From Narcine bancroftii (taxonomy: Eukaryota), in the NCBI RefSeq assembly GCF_036971445.1, contig NC_091473.1, positions 211,048,001 to 211,112,000 on the forward strand: 64,000 bases of DNA. The letters are read 5' to 3'. A program made the translations under genes and the position numbers. This document shows positions 50,068 through 63,236 of the stretch, piece after piece. Every line of letters begins with the position of its first letter. The stretch's first letter is position 1. Below the pieces are notes generated by a model. That model searched no databases and had not been told where the DNA came from. It saw nothing but the letters and a program-made list of their open reading frames with translations.

Positions 50068-51405
50068 ATGGACAACATGGAGGCTCAGGTTACCAGTGAT
50101 ACAGCAGATAAAACACTCCAAAGTGAGGTATGCAGTGAGGTGGGGCTTTCATTGGACTTGCTGGGAACACATCACTGTGGTTACACTGGGGAGAGACCAT
50201 TCCCATGTTCAGAGTGTGGGGAGGGATTCGCCAACTCTGACGTGCAGCTGCAACACCAGTGTGTCCCCACTAGGGGGAGCCCATCCCCCTGCTCTGACTG
50301 TGGGAAGAGCTTTCAAACCTCAAAGGAACTGGAGGAGCAAGGGTGTCTTCCCCCCGGGGAGAGTCCGTTCACCTGCCGCGTGTGTGGGAAGGGGTTCACC
50401 CAGTCCTCCAGCCTCCTGCAGCACCAGAACATTCACTCCGGGGAGAGATCCTGCTGTGTGTGTGGGAAGGGGTTCTCTCGCTACTCGCATCTGCTACAAC
50501 ACTGGAGAATACACACTGGAGAAAGACCCTTCACCTGCTCCGTGTGTGGGAATGGATTCACGCAGTCCTCCACCCTGCTGAGGCACCTGAAAGTGCACAC
50601 CAGAATGAAACAGTTCACCTGCTCCCTGTGCGGGAAGAGGTTCTCTCAGCAATCTCGTCTGAAGGCACATCAGCGGGTTCACACCGGAGAGAAGCCGTTC
50701 ACCTGCTCTGTGTGCACAAAGGGGTTCTCTCAGCCTTCTCGTCTGAAGGCACATCAGCGGGTTCACACTGGGGAGAAACCGTTCACCTGCTATCTCTGTG
50801 GGATTGGATACACTGAGTCCTCTGCTCTGCTGAGGCACCAGAGAGTTCACACAGGGGAGAAACCATACACCTGCACCCTTTGCGGGAGGGCGTTCGTTCA
50901 GTCCTCTGCCCTGCTGAGGCACCAGAGAGTTCACTCTAGGGAAAAACCATTCTCTTGCAACAAGTGCGGAAAGGGATTTGCCGATTTCTCTTCTCTGCAG
51001 GGCCACTGGAGAATTCATGCTGGGGAGAGACCATTCATCTGCTCTCTGTGCGGGAACAGGTTCACTCAATCCTCTGGCCTGTGGTCACACCAGCGGGTTC
51101 ACACCGGGGAGAAACCGTTCATCTGCTCACAGTGTGGGAAGGGATTCTCTCGGTCCTCTGATCTGCAGGTACACCAGCGAGTTCACACTGGGGAGAAACC
51201 ATTCACATGTTCTCTGTGCGGCAAGGGGTTCTCTCAGGCCTCCCACCTGCAGACACACAAGCGGGTGCATACTGGTGAAAAACCGTTCACCTGCTCTCTC
51301 TGCGGGAAAGGGTTCTCTCAGCCCTCCGGCCTGAATTCACACCAGCAGGTTCACATCAGAGAGAGGCCAATCTCTGGCAGCAAGGGATTCGCACAGTCCT
51401 CTTGA
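50068..51405 (+). CDS. C2H2 zinc-finger protein, paralog 4 (445 aa; N-terminal module plus 12 canonical fingers)
   Basis: Within ORF 50011..51405; first ATG at 50068 (alternative 50077). Acceptor at 49900-49901. One further finger remnant follows the stop (51439-51510). Confidence 0.9.
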   Translation: MDNMEAQVTSDTADKTLQSEVCSEVGLSLDLLGTHHCGYTGERPFPCSECGEGFANSDVQLQHQCVPTRGSPSPCSDCGKSFQTSKELEEQGCLPPGESPFTCRVCGKGFTQSSSLLQHQNIHSGERSCCVCGKGFSRYSHLLQHWRIHTGERPFTCSVCGNGFTQSSTLLRHLKVHTRMKQFTCSLCGKRFSQQSRLKAHQRVHTGEKPFTCSVCTKGFSQPSRLKAHQRVHTGEKPFTCYLCGIGYTESSALLRHQRVHTGEKPYTCTLCGRAFVQSSALLRHQRVHSREKPFSCNKCGKGFADFSSLQGHWRIHAGERPFICSLCGNRFTQSSGLWSHQRVHTGEKPFICSQCGKGFSRSSDLQVHQRVHTGEKPFTCSLCGKGFSQASHLQTHKRVHTGEKPFTCSLCGKGFSQPSGLNSHQQVHIRERPISGSKGFAQSS

Positions 51406-53137
51406 CAGGACCACCAAAAAAATTAGACAAGGGAGACTTTGTTCACCTGCTCCCTGTGTGGCAAACTGTTCTCTCAGCTCTCCGGTTTATGGGGACACCA
51501 ACGAGTTCACACGGAAGGAGAATTTTCAGGTTGGAGAGTCAGCATTTTTTCCTTCTCATACAAGCACCACACATTAATGGGTGTGTGTTTACGGGTGTGG
51601 GGGGTTGGGGGGAGAAGTGGGAAGGGTAAGAGAGTTGTTCGGAGCAAATAGTTTACCCAGACAGCAGTGAACACCGGGAATGGGCTGCCAGGTGTAGTTG
51701 GTTCTTGACAGACTAATGAATATGGAGGGAGGTGGATCATGTTGGGGGCAGTAGTTTTATTTTAACTTGGGCATCCTGCTCAGTACAGACACGTGGACCG
51801 AAGAGCCAACGTTTCAGAAGCCACAGGGTTAAGGATTGTTGATGGGGATTTTTCTTGTCCATTCCCTGTTTTGCTCTCCCCACTCTATTATTTGGGCTTC
51901 TACCCTCTTTCTCTGCTGTTCTGAGTGTGTGGTTCCTGCCGTCTATTGCCTTCCTTGGATATTGCCTGACCTACTGAGTTGCTCCAGCATTTTGTGCATT
52001 GCTGCTGAGGGACTGTGGTGGTGACCTTTGACCTGGTGCCTGCATGGCTGGGCTTTTGTGACGAGATCATTAACCAGCCAGGAGATGTCAGCATCGTTAA
52101 CTACTGGACAAGGCTTAGTTGTACAAGTTCCCTTTGGTGTTTGCAATTGATTAACTTTGAAATTTGATGCTGCAACCTCTGGATTTTCAGATGATGAGGG
52201 ACACAAGTGCTGGAGAAACTCAGAAGGTCACACAGCATCCACAGGATATAAAAAGCAGTTGACAGTTCAGGCCTGACCCTTCCCAGGAGTGCTGAAAAGG
52301 AGACAGACACCAGAATAAACGGGGGAGCACGGGCTTACAGGTGGGTGGGTCGAAGAGAGAGATGCTGAGAATTGATAGAAGGAGAGGACAGAGGGTTTCT
52401 CTCAGACTGTGGAAATTGAATATAAGGTGTTGCCCCTCCAGTTTGAGGGTGACATTGTGAGAAACAGAAGTACCTTCACAGAATTTGCTCGAGACAAAAA
52501 TTGAGAACAAAGAACATTTATTATACAACAATGCAAAGTTGGGTGCTTCCCCTTACCCTGGGAATACACACATACAATGGGGCTCACCCAACTTTTATAC
52601 AGTTGATTTCAGTATAGAAGTACCCTCCCCCTTATATTCTTCTGCCTCCTGGATGAGTTTGGCATTGGGCAATCCTGCCTGCCTATGTGTTGTTTCTGTG
52701 AACCTGGAGGACCAGGGGGTATCCTGTCAGTGTCCCATCATATCATTGTCCTTATTGTCCTTATTCACAAACCTGCCTTTGTTCTAATTCACACCTTCCT
52801 GACTCTCAGGGCTACAACCTTCTTATATGCAGAACTTGCTAATTCTGTCTAAGGCTAGAAAACCCTTATCTTATTCAAACTAACTTTACTTCCTACATTC
52901 TAATATCTATCCTTATCCTATTCATACTGGCTTTATTCATTACACGTATATCTATATTAGTTTCCTCATCTTCATATTTTTATATCAGTTTTACTCATCT
53001 CTCACAATCCTCACTTTTCTTTTAGCTACACTTCGTGAATTCTCAACTGGAATGTATTACTTGTAAACTTGGTCTTTTTCCCAGCTGGTCAGTAAACGAA
53101 CTGCAGTCTCAGCGTCATTAGACAGAATTAGGGAAAC

Positions 53138-54150
53138 TTACATCCTTTGGGTTATAGTGTTCTGACGAGGGGTTCGATGAATTAAGTACTGCACACAAGT
53201 CTTTAGGCAGGGGAGCACCATAATGGCCAGAATAGCGAGTCCAGCTGCTATAAGGGCTGTGGGTATCAGACTCCAGTTACCAATAAAAAGTCTAGTCCAT
53301 CCCACACTGGACCAAGGTTGCCACATCTGAACCTGGGCATGGGAAGATTTTCGAACTCCTGAAGAAGTGTCTTTAACCGCCTGACCGTTGTGAACATTGT
53401 CATTAATCAGTCTTTCACAAACGCTGCCTTCAGCAGCCAACGAGTAATCGAGAGCCAGGCGGTTTTGTTGAACTGTGGCTCGTATCTGTTGTCTTTCTTC
53501 AGCCCATAAATTCAGGGCCATCACTGTCTGTTCGGTGATGATCTCCAAGGCTGGAGTCTGATTAAACGATTTAAATGCCAAGCAGCTGTAGTGTTCTGGA
53601 GCAGCTTACGTTGTTTACAACTGGAACTCCCCTTACAGTGGTAGTTCTTAACTTTCCGAATGTCTGTGTGACCCAAAGAATGATTTACAGGAGACCAAGT
53701 TGGGGAGGGGTGTTTCTTGTCACTGAACCTGTGAGTTGCAGCCTGTCTGTGAACATTAGCACATGTATTCGCTCTATCTCTGCTACATGTACAATCCTGA
53801 CTAACATTCTGTCGGTCATTGTCCCACCATCTTCTTTGTGCTATCCCTTTAAAACTCCTCTTTTTAATATCTGTAGAGGCCAAAATAGAAATCAAATCTA
53901 CTCCTCTAGAGCTGTTCTGTTCCCCTGGTCCATGTTGGGATCCTATATTAACCCATACCCCACTATGACTATACTTTATATCTGTGCCCTGTCTATATTC
54001 TAAAGGTAAATAATTGTCACCTCTGCTGCCTCTATTCCAGGAGGACTTAATACATTGTGAGCAATTTGGTGATTTCCCAAAAATTGGGAACCAACAAGTA
54101 AACAAAACAGCAAATGATACAAACAACATTACAGCACTTTTTCCCGGCAT
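53138..54150 (-). pseudogene. env: ERV-C env remnant (signal peptide, partial SU, TM)
   Basis: Hydrophobic N-terminus MPGKSAVMLFVSFAVLF. TM has the immunosuppressive-domain-like QQNRLALDYSLAAEGSVC and a membrane anchor. Too short for a full env. Confidence 0.8.
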
Positions 54151-56736
54151 AGTTTAACTTTCAGATCAGAAGGATGAAGGACTGCACGCCAGGTGGAGGG
54201 TAGATTATCAATGTCGTTAGTTTGTAGTTCAGCAGCTCGTTTAATTCATTGGATGTGGCTCCATCCCTTCGCACGGCAGTGTCTGTAATCAAAAATACAC
54301 AATAGGGGCCATCCCAGACAGGTTTTAGTTGGTGATCTTGCCATGCTTTTACATATACCCAATCACCAGGTTTAATAGAATGAATAGGATACTCCAGGGG
54401 TGGGCAGTAACAGCTGCATGTCTATTTTCTCCGTGAGCACAGCCTGTTTGGCAGCTACATCTGCCTGTCTGTTCCCCTGTGCTTCAGGACTGTCACCACT
54501 TTGATGGCTTTGTACATGAACTACAGCTATTTCCTCAGGTAATGTAAGAGCATCTAGAGATTGGAGAATTAAGTTTTCATGGATCAACTTTTGTTCTTTT
54601 CCAGTTATCATTCCCCGCTCTTTCCAGATCTTCCCAAAGGTGTGCACTACACCAAAAGCGTATTTTGAGTCCGTGTAGATAGTGCCCACCTTGTTCTCTA
54701 GACCCTGGAGAGCTCTACAGAGGGCATACAATTCACAAGATTGTGCTGACCAATGACCGGGGAGGCGACTGGCTTCAATCACCACTCCTTCTTTCCGATC
54801 CACTACACTATACCCGCTATAGCGAGTGCCATCAATGCAACGGGAAGATCCATCAATAAACCACCTTTCACCCTCTTGTAAAGGCTCATCGCTTAAATCC
54901 TCTCTAATTTTGGTCTGTAAATCTATTACCTCTAAACATACATGCTCTAACTCATTTATGGTATTGTCAGCATTTGGAGAAACCAAGAAAGCTGCTGGAT
55001 TGTGTTCTTTATTCGTAATCAGGGTCAAATCATCCCTATCCATTAGGATCGCTTCATATTTTAAAATTCTAGAGTCTGTGAGCCACCTTCCAGCACGTTG
55101 TAAGAGAATATTGCGGACTGTGTGAGGGGTGTGAACCATCATCGGGGCACCAAACATAATCTTTCGTCCTTCCTCAACTAAAATAGCAGTGGCTGCGATG
55201 GCTTGCACACACTCTGGCCAACCACGACAAACAGGGTCTAAAACTTTTGACAGAAAAGCAACTGGCTGTCTACAGCCTGCCCTCTCTTGTGTTAGTACTC
55301 CGGTGGCTACACCTCCTTTCGCATTGGTATATAGGTCAAATGGCTTATTTAGGTTGGGTAAAGCCAACACTGGGGCACTAATAAGGCGCTGTTTCACCGT
55401 TAAAATCTTTAATCTCTTCCTCTGTCCAGACAACAGCTTCGCCCCCTAGAATCGTGAGTTTATCATAGAGAAATCTGACCAGGCTAGAATAATTTTCAAT
55501 CCAGATTCTACAGTATCCCACTAAACCAAGGAATTTCCTAAGTTCTTGGGCATTCTTGGGAGGTGGGATCTGTAGAATACCACGTATCCTCTCTGGATTT
55601 ATTTTTCTAGTTCCCTGACTTACCAGATGACCTAAGTATTTAACTTCTGATTGAACAAATTGTAATTTGGATTCGCTCACCCTGAGACCCTTATTCTCCA
55701 GAAAATTCAAAAGTTCAACAGTATATTGTTTAACTAATTCGTACGTTTTTCCCGTAATTAACAAATCATCAACATATTGCATCAACTGACAATTCTCTCT
55801 CCGAGGAACCTCATCAAATATTTGTTCTAAGAACTGGCCGAATAAATTTGGTGATTCTGTGAAGCCCTGGGGAAGGACCGTCAACCAGTATTAATTCTTA
55901 TGTCCAGTAAAAGGATTTTCCCATTCAAAGGCAAACATGTCTCTGCTCTCTGTTGCTAACAGACAGGTCCAGAAAGCATCTTTGAGGTCAATCACACTAA
56001 ACCATTTACTATGGGGATCGATTTTACCCATTATTTTATAGGGATTAGGTACAACCAGGTGATGGGTGAGAATAATTTTGTTCAGCTCCCTCAAGTCCTG
56101 CACTAATCGATAGGTACCGTCTGGTTTTTGGTAAAATTGGGGTATTAAAAAGTGACATACAAGGTTCGAGTATACCATCTTTCACCAACTGGTCAATTAC
56201 TGGCTGCAGCCCCTTTCGGCCAGCCATCGGAATTGGATACTGTTTTCATATAATTACTTGTTCAGAATCTTTTAAAGTAACTTGCAGGGGAGGAATATCT
56301 AACACTCCTCTATTGCCTCTTTCTGCCCATACTCCAGGATTTATTAGTTCTCGATCTTCCTCGCATAATACATACAATTGAACCCTGATACCTGATTCCT
56401 GTGGTCTGGTGCCGATAGCCAATTGGTCCTGTAAATCTCGTCCTAACAAACAAACTCCAGCTTAGGGAACTAGTAAAATATCCTCTGTTATTATCTTTTC
56501 TCCCATTTGTATTCTTACATCTCTTAATACAGGGAATGTAAAGTCTCTTCCTCCTACTCCCGAAACTATCACTGTCCCCTTTATCCTAACACCCTTGGGT
56601 GGTTGTAAAATACTAGACCGGGCTGCCCCAGAATCTACTAAAAAGGTAATCTTGTCACTGTGGGGTTCTATGCTTAAATTTACCAATGGTTCTCCGTGCA
56701 GCCCCACGGTGTGTATTGACTGAGAACCGTGACCCT
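54150..56736 (-). pseudogene. pol: ERV-C pro-pol, frameshifted, integrase core deleted
   Basis: Protease FLVDSGAARS. RT YRLVQDLR, VIDLKDAFW, VLPQGFTESPNLFGQ, QYVDD. Connection and RNase H GRWLTDSRILKYEAIL, WFIDGSS, YTDSKYAFGVVH. Only the integrase C-terminal PGDWVYVK...WDGPY remains. Confidence 0.88.
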
Positions 56737-56742
56737 CCCCCC

Positions 56743-59700
56743 TGTAATGGAGGATTAAAACCATGTACCCAGATGCTTTTTGCTTATGTGGAACTGATGA
56801 CACTGGGTCCACACGCAGGTCACCTTACTTTCAGAACTAGCAGATGTAATTAAACTCAGCCATTGGGACTTATCTGAAGATATACTTTGAAATGGAATTC
56901 CACTGTGAGGCCCAGGGAAAGCAGTTGTCAAATGCAACACTCTGAAATTGACGAATTGGTCACAACCTGTCTTGCTCGAGAAGTTTTAATAAGTCTTTGT
57001 ATCTACGAGATAAACCAGGAAATCATAACATCCTGGTTCCATAATAATTAATCTTCTAAATTGTAGAATATAATGTTCAGTTTTGATTTTGACTGACAAT
57101 TATTAGGAGTAGGCGCATGATTAATTGTTTTTGGGGTATATAAGCCTGTGGTCCTGCTGCTGAAGTTTAGACTCTCCGAAGGGTGGGAACACCCCTTGTC
57201 AAGAAGGAAGAACAGCCAGAGTCCGAGCAACATCCCGGTCGGGGGAGGTGGAGAAGCTGCTACCAGCGCCCTGACAACCTACTACAAGTGTGCAGTCGTT
57301 GCTTCGCTTCGGCAGTTGGGACCAGTCCAAGCATTGATAAGTATAGTTGGGAAGGGCTTGCATATTGTAGTGTGAAATCAGCTTTTGAATTAGTAATAAA
57401 CATTTGTATAAACTGAACTGCTCTCGGTGTGTGTGTCTATTTTCTTTCGGTAGCTCGAACACTGTGACCAATCTAAAATGAACAAAATGAGAGGTATAAG
57501 TTTACCCAAGACAATTGGCGCTGCGAGCAGGGTTGGTCTCAAGATGTTTCGCCGAAAGAAAGAGATGAGCCCTGAGCAGTTCTTGATTCCTGGATGGACT
57601 TCCAAAGACGATGGTTTTGGCATGTTGGCCAATACCCTGTCTTTGTTGGGACCACCCATTAGTTGGGATGAGAAGTTAGACCCATCAAGTGCACCTCTGG
57701 GAGAGCGGGTTGCCATTCTCCTTCGAGAAAGTAAATTTCCTGATAAAAAGGGAACGCTGACGAATGGTTTTTGGTTGCTGGCCACAGCATTACGCCACTC
57801 CGTTCAGCGTGAAGCAGAATCAATTCAAGGAGAAGTAGAATCTCAGTGCAAAAGAAAGCAATTAGAGGTGGAGCTAGAAGCCCTGCGACAATGCTGTTCC
57901 ATGATGAGCGAGATTGTTCGCACCAGTCAGGACAGAGCCAAAGAATGGGAAGATAAGGATGTCCAAATGATCTGCCATAATATTAAACTCCGGCAGCAGC
58001 TCTGTGCAGATAAGGAAAGGCATGGAGTAGAACCCGATCCATATCATATTCATGCCATGATAAGGAATGGTGACGATCCTGATGTAATTGAGGATTGGGA
58101 TGGGAATATCTGGAATGACGATGGTAATAATGCAGATACTCCTCAGCATGTGTCTAACATACCTCCCTCTCCACCTGCTGTTCACGCCCGCCCTATAAGG
58201 CAGCAGATTTACCAAACAACAGAAGGGGGGATGATCTAAGGGTAGAGATGGAAGGGATAGATACCCCGGTTTCCCATGTGGACCCAGGGGAAAATACCCA
58301 AACCCCTGCTTATGCTCTATGGCCTACTCCCTCTGTTGGATGGCCTCGACCTCCTCCCCTAGACTGGGTGGAGGGCCCTGTGGGCCAAAGTGGGAATAGG
58401 GGTCGGAAGCCGTCAATGATCCGTGACTTCTCTGTAAAAGAGCTGGCTGCCATTGGAGATCGATTTAGGCAAAAGGCAGGAGAAACTCTGGCAGTCTGGC
58501 TCCTGTGAGTCTGGGAACAAGGAGGGGGTAATGTATTTTTAACCCCTGAGGAATTGTTGGGATTAGGAACATTGTTTACTGATATCAGGGTCACTGCTGA
58601 GCTGCGGGGTAGAGGGAGAGAGATGGATTACTTACTACTCTAGGGGATGCCCTGCTACGAGTATACCCATCACCAATAGATTGGGATTTACATTTGCAAA
58701 ACAATTGGAGAACCCCAGAGGAGGGTATAGCAGTAATTCGTCAACAGGCCCTGGCCTCTGCCTTGTATGCAGGGCGTTTGAGGCTGTGGGTACATGGGGG
58801 GAGTCCTGATGAAGAGATATTCACTGCCGGAATGCATACCAGATTGGTTCGTTCCGCCCAACCCACCACACGGGGATTGGTTCTGTCCGTAACTAGTCCA
58901 CTAATTGGGCACCCTGTGTCTGAGGCGATGCACGCCTTATCGGGGCTTTGAGAATTAGAATTGGGAGGTAAAATCTATTCACGTACAGCCCAGGTTAAAT
59001 CAGACAAGCAGGATGAAAAGAGAGGGTCTGCTGGTAATAACGGACCGACAAGAAAGGACTTTTTTCTAACCTTGTTAAAGTTAGGCGTACCTAAAAGTGA
59101 TATTGATGGGAAACCTACTGCGGTCCTTTATGCCCTTTATAAGAGAAAAGCAGGGGAACATCATCCCCAGCTGCTGAGTCCTCCTGGCCCAGCTGTGCTT
59201 TCTGCTCCCACTGCTGCTTCTATCTAGTTGGCTTCTCCTGCTCCAGTTACTCATGATGAGGTAAAACAATGGGTTAAACAGGCTCTTAAAGATAACAATA
59301 GCATGTGGTCCTGGAAGCCCCCGAACCCTTCTGAAGCCTGAAGGTGTGGGCAGGATTCCCGTGTCTACTCCATCGAGACATGGTCCAATGCATTACACCA
59401 AGGAAGTCCTCGGTCACCAGCCTCAAGTGCAGCTTATATAAATATGTTATTGTTCAGCATGTTTCAAAATCTGTTTGTGAGCTCCAGTATCTGGGTATTG
59501 TGGCCAACAAGGATAATTTGAGCCTTGGTTGGAATCCTTTCTCATGGCTAACTGCTACATTTGGGGGAGTGGGCCAGGCACACTATCCTCCGTTGGTTGC
59601 TCGCGTCATTGCTTATCTTTGTAATTGTTGTTTTGATTTCTCTTTTTTCGCTCCCTCTGTACTCAAATACTGGTTAGGCCTCACAAATGACAGATTGTGA

Positions 59701-60484
59701 CCAAGGGGTGGAATGTAATGGAGGATTAAAACCATGTACCCAGATGCTTTTTGCTTATGTGGAACTGACGACACTGGGTCCACACGCAGGTCACCTTACT
59801 TTCAGAACTAGCAGATGTAATTAAACTCAGCCATGGGGACTTATCTGAAGATATACTTTGAAATGGAATTCCACTGTGAGGCCCAGGGAAAGCAGTTGTC
59901 AAATGCAACACTCTGAAATTGATGAATTGGTCACAACCTGTCTTGCTCGAGAAGTTTTAATAAGTCTTTGTATCTACGAGATAAACCAGGAAATCATAAC
60001 ATCCTGGTTCCATAATAATTAATCTTCTAAATTGTAGAATATAATGTTCAGTTTTGATTTTGACTGACAAATATTAGGAGTAGGCGCATAATTAATTGTT
60101 TTTGGAGTATATAAGCCTGTGGTCCTGCTGCTGAAGTTTAGACTTTCCGAGGGGTGGGAACACCCCTTGTCAAGAAGGAAGAACAGCCAGAGTCCGAGCA
60201 ACGTCCCGGTCGGGGGAGGTGGAGAAGCTGCTACCAGCGCCCTGACAACCTACTACAAGTGTGCAGTCGTTGCCTCGCTTCGGCAGTTGGGACCAGTCGA
60301 AGATTTGATAAGTATAGTTGGGAAGGGCTTGCATATTGTAGTGTGAAATCAGCTTTTGAATTAGTAATAAACATTTGTATAAACTGAACTGCTCTCGGTG
60401 TGTGTGTCTATTTTCTTTCGGTAGCTCAAACACTGTGACCAATCTAAAATGAACAAAATGAGAGGTATAAATTTACCCAAGACA
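56743..60484 (+). mobile_element. ERV-B: pol-less class III provirus (gag plus env tail) nested in ERV-C
   Basis: 771-bp LTRs at 56743-57513 and 59714-60484 (about 15 differences by eye). 5-bp TSD CCCCC. PBS TGGCGCTGCGAGCAGGGT at 57516-57533. PPT at 59703-59713. The gag (57565-59340) is highly similar to ERV-A gag. Confidence 0.92.
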
Positions 60485-60510
60485 CCCCCTATTCATAATC
60501 TGCTTCCATC

Positions 60511-61349
60511 TGTCAGATTCTGGCTTTACCCTACCCTTAATTTAGTCTATGTGTTGTCTGAGTCCAGCGAGTTCGTTAAATGAAGTGATAGGAGAATCAG
60601 TTTATTACACAGCATAAGAATAAAGCTTAACAGAGTTCTGGTTCAGTCGTTAGTTCATAGGTCACCTGCACAGTGAGCAATTCCCCAAGACTGACCTCTA
60701 CTGTCCAGTCTCTACAGTTTATATAGCTCAACCTTATCATACAGAACAAAAGTTGGCTTCCTTTGCTAGATTTCATTATCATACAGAACAAAAGTTGGCT
60801 TTCTTTGCTAGATTTCTTGCATAAGATTTATCACAAGTAATTTCCTGCTCTGCAGTTATCTGGGGTGTAGAGCTCCCATCTTAATCCTCAAGGTGGGAAT
60901 ATCCTGTTGTTTTGATCAGAAATCAATTCATACCCCAGATATTTCTAATTATTTCTTTGTTCTCATCTGGCCATATTCTTCTGTTCTACTCAACACCTCC
61001 TTCTGTCTTAGCTTCTTACTGATTCCATTCTCTTTGTTTCTGACAGTCTCTGTAAGATTCTTTTTTGTTTGTGCTAATCAACACCTCCTTTTTCCTTAAC
61101 ATTCCTACTAAATTGTTCATACATATCCTCTCTTTTGTATTTTGGGAGAAGGCAATTCTAAACCTTTTGTAATCAGCCAACTTTCCGACATACTGTGGCT
61201 GCCCCTTACTTACATTACTCTTTCCTTTCACCACGAGGTAAATATTAAATTGTTACATAGTACTGGATTCATGTATACAAACTGAATAGTAAGTACATAA
61301 GCATCTAGTCTACATATTTTCTATGATTAATTAATCCTATATTCCAACA
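60511..61349 (-). mobile_element. Solo LTR of a third family nested in ERV-C gag
   Basis: TG...CA ends and TSD CATC at 60507-60510 and 61350-61353. Minus-strand TATATAAA near 60720 and AATAAA at 60601-60606. A tandem duplication of about 43 bp at 60734-60816. Confidence 0.8.
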
Positions 61350-61353
61350 CATC

Positions 61354-62466
61354 AGTGCGTAAGATGGCGTCTCCCTGGCTCGCATTGGGGATTCTCTCTT
61401 AAAATGCCCCTCCTTTTTACAATGGTAGCTAACTAATGCTCCTGTTTCCCAATTCCTACCGGGATTACCACAAGGTCCCGGGAATGGTCGTCGTTCCCGG
61501 AATTCCCCTCTACCCTTGCCCCTGCTCTGGTCTCTACTCTCCCAATCCCGGAGCTCCTCCCAATGTCCAGGAGCTGGCACACAGCCCCTACCTACCCTTT
61601 CCTTGCTGTCCCTCCACGACTTCCTTGACTGCCTGCATCAAAATCTTAGCCTTTCCTTTCTGTTTATTGGGCATTCTCTCTTAAAATTACACACCTCTGT
61701 ACTAGTCAGGGGCACATTTACGAAACCGACCCCCTCCCATGGGAACTTCCCATAAAGGTCTCATCCAGTTAATTTCTGGCTTATCCTCTCCTTTATAATG
61801 TCCAGATTCCTGCTCTCCGGGAAATGAATCAAATGGTTCTGCCCTTCCCTCCCGGAGGGTCTCACACTGTTTTGAACCAAAGTCTCCTCCCTCTCTTGTC
61901 AATTGAGGTGGTAATCTAGTACTTTGTGAACAGGTCATCATACCACCCCTACTTTCTTCCCCTTTCTTTAGCTGTAGGGGAGGAGGGGAAGGTGCAGAAG
62001 GGTAGAGCAGAGGAGAGAGGGGAAAGATGGGAGCCGGCATAGGAGGAGCATAAGGTGGAGGAAGGGAATGTAACACATCCCATCCTTGTGTTTCAGGGAC
62101 AAAAGGTTCCTCATCCTTCTTACATTCCTTTTCATTCAAAACCAGTTGATCAACCGATCCACTGAGCCAGCGGGCTGCATATTTCCTGCTCTCAATATTA
62201 TCTCTTTGGTTTTGATAGAGCCAGATGTTCAATGCCTGACACATCCAGCCATCCTCGGATCTGAGCTTTGGCCATTATACCGAACTCCCTTTTATCGGAC
62301 TTTTAACTCATTCCAGACAGCAATACCTGACCATGATCAGTTTGTCTTTCCCACGGGTTCTCCCCGCACCCCAATCAGATAGCATTAATCCTAACGGACT
62401 TTGCTTAGTTATCTGATTGTCCCGTCCTTCCTTCGGACTATTTCCCTTGCTACTCACACCTCCCAT
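61354..62466 (-). pseudogene. gag: ERV-C gag (MA and NC; most of CA deleted)
   Basis: MGGVSS start, then SPLGLML, YCC, WPK..SEDGWMCQAL, WEVPMGGG and VPLTSTEV, jumping to KAKILMQ and a degenerate zinc knuckle (YHCKKEGHFKRES). The gag TAG lies near 60490. Confidence 0.8.
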
Positions 62467-63236
62467 TCTAACAGGTAAGTAAAATTCCTCTTACCGGGAT
62501 CCAGTAGCTATTCCTAGCGCGCTTCCTTAATGTCCTCCCATCGTTTGTTCTCAATGCCTCTTCTCGGATATCACTCGCTTCATCCACTGACAAGTCACCC
62601 GCTGTCCGTGAGTCCAGCTGAATCAGCCGGGGTGCACCTACCCTCGTCGTTGGGCACTCTGTCAGTGGAGGGAGTGGATCCCGGACGAGTCCCCATTTGT
62701 GAGAAACAGAAGTACCTTCACGGAATTTGCTCGAGATAAAGATTGAGAACAAAGAACATTTATTATACAACAATGCAAGGTTGGGTGCTTCCCCTTACCC
62801 TGGGAATACACACATACACTGGGGCTCACCCAACTTTTATACTGTTTATTTCAGTATAGAATTACTCTCCCCGTTACATTCTTCTGTCTCCTGGATGAGT
62901 TTGGCATTAGGCAATCCTGTCTGCCTACGTGCTGTTTCTGTGAACTTGGAGGACCAGGGGGTATCCTGTCGGTGTCCCATCATGTCATTGTCCTTATTGT
63001 CCTTATTCACAAACCTGCCTTTGTTCTAATTCACACCTTCCTGACTCTCAGGACTACAACCTTCTTATATGCAGAACTTGCTAATTCTGTCTAAGGCTAG
63101 AAAACCCTTATCTTATTCAAACTAACTTTACTTCCTACATTCTATTATCTATCCTTATCCTATTTGGCTTTATTCATTACACATATATCCATTCTAGTTT
63201 CCTCATCTTCATATTTTTATATCAGTTTTACTCATT

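Noticed and set aside
54372-55433. 353-aa ORF as a functional gene
   Set aside because: It is a connection/RNase H fragment of a frameshifted, deleted ERV pol.
57478-58239. ERV-B gag ORF as a domesticated Fv1-like gene
   Set aside because: It sits in a young provirus with both LTRs, and the rest of gag has several stops and frameshifts. There is no evidence of selection.
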